A stretch of 64,000 nucleotides of DNA from Candidatus Poribacteria bacterium (GTDB lineage Bacteria; Poribacteria; WGA-4E; PCPOR2b), in the NCBI GenBank assembly GCA_965116925.1, contig OZ220744.1, positions 2,304,001 to 2,368,000 of the forward strand, written 5' to 3'. Shown piece by piece: positions 61,524 to 64,000 of this stretch (within the stretch, counting starts at the first letter, position 1; every line of letters begins with the position of its first letter). The position numbers and the translations under genes were made by a program. The notes under the pieces are model-generated. The model had not been told where the DNA came from, made no database searches, and worked only from the letters and a program-made list of their open reading frames with translations.

Positions 61524-64000
61524 TATAACACGGACTCAAGACTTTCCCTGAATTGTCTTTCATCTTGGTTGTCATAGAATGGCACACCAATCAGTCGGTA
61601 TTTTTGCATCCCGCGTTGCGTATTAAACTCCAGAACCTCCCCTGCAAATTTTTCTTTAATTTGTTCTAAGAAGTCCGCTTTCCATTTTTCGTGTTTTTGC
61701 AGATACTTTCCCTTGGGTTCAATAAATATCTGACGGATGAGGGTGTTTCCGTTTTTCTCATGCAGAAACAGAACAAAATCGGGCTCAAACCCCTCTCCGT
61801 CGTCAAAGTTGTAAATTTTGAAATGCCTTTCGTTACGGATCAGATATATCCCGTCGTATTCCCTCTTTAACTCGTCCATTTGGGCGTCAAGCATTCGGAC
61901 AAATGCCTTTTCTTCACTGGTGCCGTAATTGGCATTGAATACATACCACTCTCTATCGGAGACCAACTGTTCGTCGCCATCCGCCCTTTCGTTGCCTTCA
62001 ACCAATTTAAGGATTTTGTCGGTGAAGATTGAATTGATATTGCTTGGCTCAAACGTTTCTGTGCCTTTGTATTCGGTTCTGTTTTGACGCAATTCAGATG
62101 CAATTTGATTAAGCAATCCTGTCATCGCATCAAGGTAAGTTTCATTAGACAACAGGTATCGTTCATCGCCCTGAAGGGTGATTGACAACCCACCCAAGTA
62201 TTCATCCGCCTTAATGAACTGGCGGACGGATTGAATATGTGGGAAATAGGTTTTCAGAGACTTGAAAGCAAAAAAAGGATTTCGTGCAATAGCAGCTCTG
62301 ACGATATGGAACGGTATATCTCCTACCGGAATATTTCTCCGACCTGATTCTACAATCTGTTGAACCTCACCGCTGTCCTCCAGAACCGCCTCAGAAACAC
62401 CCCTACCGGTGGCGAGTGAATAGCGGTAATTCTTCAAGGAAACGTCGAGATCGGCAAATGAACGGACAGATTCATTCCTGTTCTTAACCCGTTCATTGAT
62501 GTAGATAATCCCGCGCTTGTAAAAATCGGTCTCCTTAAACTCACTTTTTAGCTTAAGGGGTTTTTCAACCGTCCGCTCGTCAAGTATCCCTTCGTCAATT
62601 AGGGCGGTACGGATTTCAGAGATATAGCGGGAATCGTTGACACTGTGATAGTGGAGCTCTTCCAACACCCGTAGTTCCGTCGTAAGATTTTTGTCGAATT
62701 TCCGTCGGTATTGATCCGGATAGTCATCGGTAGCAAAGGGGAAGTACCGCGCTCCGCGTCCGATTAGTTGCGCTTCTGCAATTGTTGTTTTGCCCGGTTT
62801 TCCTGCCCTTGCGTCGCGGGTGGTGTAGCACCGAACAATATCAAACAGATTTAAGACATCCCAACCTTCATCCAGTTTACGCACGGCAAAGATAGCGCGG
62901 ATGCGGTTGTTGGGGTCCTCAAGCGTGTTGATCCGAATCTGATAGTTCTTTTCGTCTTGTTCCTTGTTGACTGAGAGGCAGTATGCTCTCTGAAATTCCT
63001 GTTTTAGACGTCCGACCAGATTGATGTTATTCTCGTCAAAAAATTGAAATGCCCGTTGAACCAGTGGAATATTCGATTGACGGATATTGGCAATGTGCGC
63101 TGCTGTGAGACCATCAATGAGTCTGTGAAACTTCTCCTTGTTCGCTTCTGATTCGTCAATTTTGCGCTGTGCCTTAAACAGAATCACCGGCTTGAGGTTA
63201 ATCTGATGTTTTGCCGCTACCTCCTGTTTATACTGATTGAGAATCAGTGCCTGTATGATGCGATCTCTTTCCTCAAAATCTGCCTGAACGATAAAGACAT
63301 CTTTGGAATAGCCGTCATTGCGGAACTGCCGTAGATCATACTTATATAATACCTTGTTGCGGTATTTATCGGCAAGGCTGCGATGGTTATAATCGAGGGT
63401 GGCAGTAAATTCTAGCAGCAAGTTGTCTGGATTTTGACTAAAGATACGCTCTACCGTATTTTCCCAGCTTTCTATCAACTCCTGTCCGGCTTTCGTACTG
63501 GTGTTGATATGGTGTGCCTCATCAGCTAAGAGCACAATCTTTTTGTCCTTGAAATCCTCGAACGTTAAAGCATTTTCTTTCTGTGTATTCAGATCGATAT
63601 GCAGCTGTTGGATGGTGGTGAAGCAGATATTGATGTCGTTTTCGTTGACACCCTCAAAATTGGGGACCGGTGTCACGGGGACACGCATCGATCCGAAATG
63701 GAGGGTTTCATTGAACAGGTATTTAGAGGACAGAGGATTGAGGAAATTGTCCTTTGTCTTTTCGATGATATTGGTGGAGTTGACGAAGAAGATAAAATTT
63801 CGATAGCCTTTTTCATAGAGATAGAGGATCAAGCCCGCCATGATGAGCGTTTTACCGCTGCCGGTCGCCATATTGAACAGAAGATGCAGGGGCTTTTCTT
63901 TGCCCGGAAAGTGATTGTCAAGGCAATAAAAGAAACGTGCAAAGGCTTCTTCCTGATACGGGCGGAGGTCAAACTTGGGATTCAGATTGTCTTTGAGATA
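61523..64000 (-). CDS. res: Type III R-M restriction subunit Res (5' end outside window)
   Basis: Frame open to the window edge ('LRPYQ'), 'MATGSGKT', 'DEAHH', 'EGWD', 'QLIGRGAR', C-terminal 'PDF...IEPK'. Confidence 0.92.
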   Translation of the reverse strand, partial: YLKDNLNPKFDLRPYQEEAFARFFYCLDNHFPGKEKPLHLLFNMATGSGKTLIMAGLILYLYEKGYRNFIFFVNSTNIIEKTKDNFLNPLSSKYLFNETLHFGSMRVPVTPVPNFEGVNENDINICFTTIQQLHIDLNTQKENALTFEDFKDKKIVLLADEAHHINTSTKAGQELIESWENTVERIFSQNPDNLLLEFTATLDYNHRSLADKYRNKVLYKYDLRQFRNDGYSKDVFIVQADFEERDRIIQALILNQYKQEVAAKHQINLKPVILFKAQRKIDESEANKEKFHRLIDGLTAAHIANIRQSNIPLVQRAFQFFDENNINLVGRLKQEFQRAYCLSVNKEQDEKNYQIRINTLEDPNNRIRAIFAVRKLDEGWDVLNLFDIVRCYTTRDARAGKPGKTTIAEAQLIGRGARYFPFATDDYPDQYRRKFDKNLTTELRVLEELHYHSVNDSRYISEIRTALIDEGILDERTVEKPLKLKSEFKETDFYKRGIIYINERVKNRNESVRSFADLDVSLKNYRYSLATGRGVSEAVLEDSGEVQQIVESGRRNIPVGDIPFHIVRAAIARNPFFAFKSLKTYFPHIQSVRQFIKADEYLGGLSITLQGDERYLLSNETYLDAMTGLLNQIASELRQNRTEYKGTETFEPSNINSIFTDKILKLVEGNERADGDEQLVSDREWYVFNANYGTSEEKAFVRMLDAQMDELKREYDGIYLIRNERHFKIYNFDDGEGFEPDFVLFLHEKNGNTLIRQIFIEPKGKYLQKHEKWKADFLEQIKEKFAGEVLEFNTQRGMQKYRLIGVPFYDNQDERQFRESLESVL

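Overview
Bacterial chromosomal segment, very probably Candidatus Poribacteria: the 16S gene carries ACGATGCGACGCCGCGTG at 19566 and GACCGCTGGTGACGAGCC at 20337, which I recall as the Poribacteria-specific 389f/1130r primer targets. The backbone is housekeeping: lptF...lptG, a xanthine-dehydrogenase-family molybdoenzyme operon, a complete rRNA operon (16S-tRNA-Ile-tRNA-Ala-23S-5S), yebC-ruvCAB-queA-yajC-thiE, ECF sigma/anti-sigma/TPR genes, an ECF-WD40 fusion, two Gfo/Idh/MocA oxidoreductases, and lnt-prfB-lysS-lolC/E-lolD-ilvE-bamA-skp-lpxD on the minus strand. Two defence islands interrupt it. (1) An ~11 kb Type I R-M operon splits lptF from lptG and carries cargo genes (3-TM protein, Schlafen/AlbA_2 protein, DUF2806, DUF433, PIN toxin-antitoxin); hsdM is flanked by 27-nt repeat/24-nt spacer mini-arrays. 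(2) A minus-strand island from ~53.4 kb to the window end holds Type III res, hicA and a HicB::Mod fusion; a catalytically inactive long-B Argonaute coupled to a C-terminal 2-TM protein; and a nuclease-like/HTH/IrrE-peptidase/antitoxin fusion upstream of mazF. The Argonaute and HTH-IrrE operons share a homologous ~120-bp promoter module. Intergenic DNA is dense with nested MITE-like and GTAG REP-like repeats. The rRNAs show compensated changes at normally near-invariant sites (streptomycin pocket, sarcin-ricin loop). All family calls are by eye from motifs; no searches were run.
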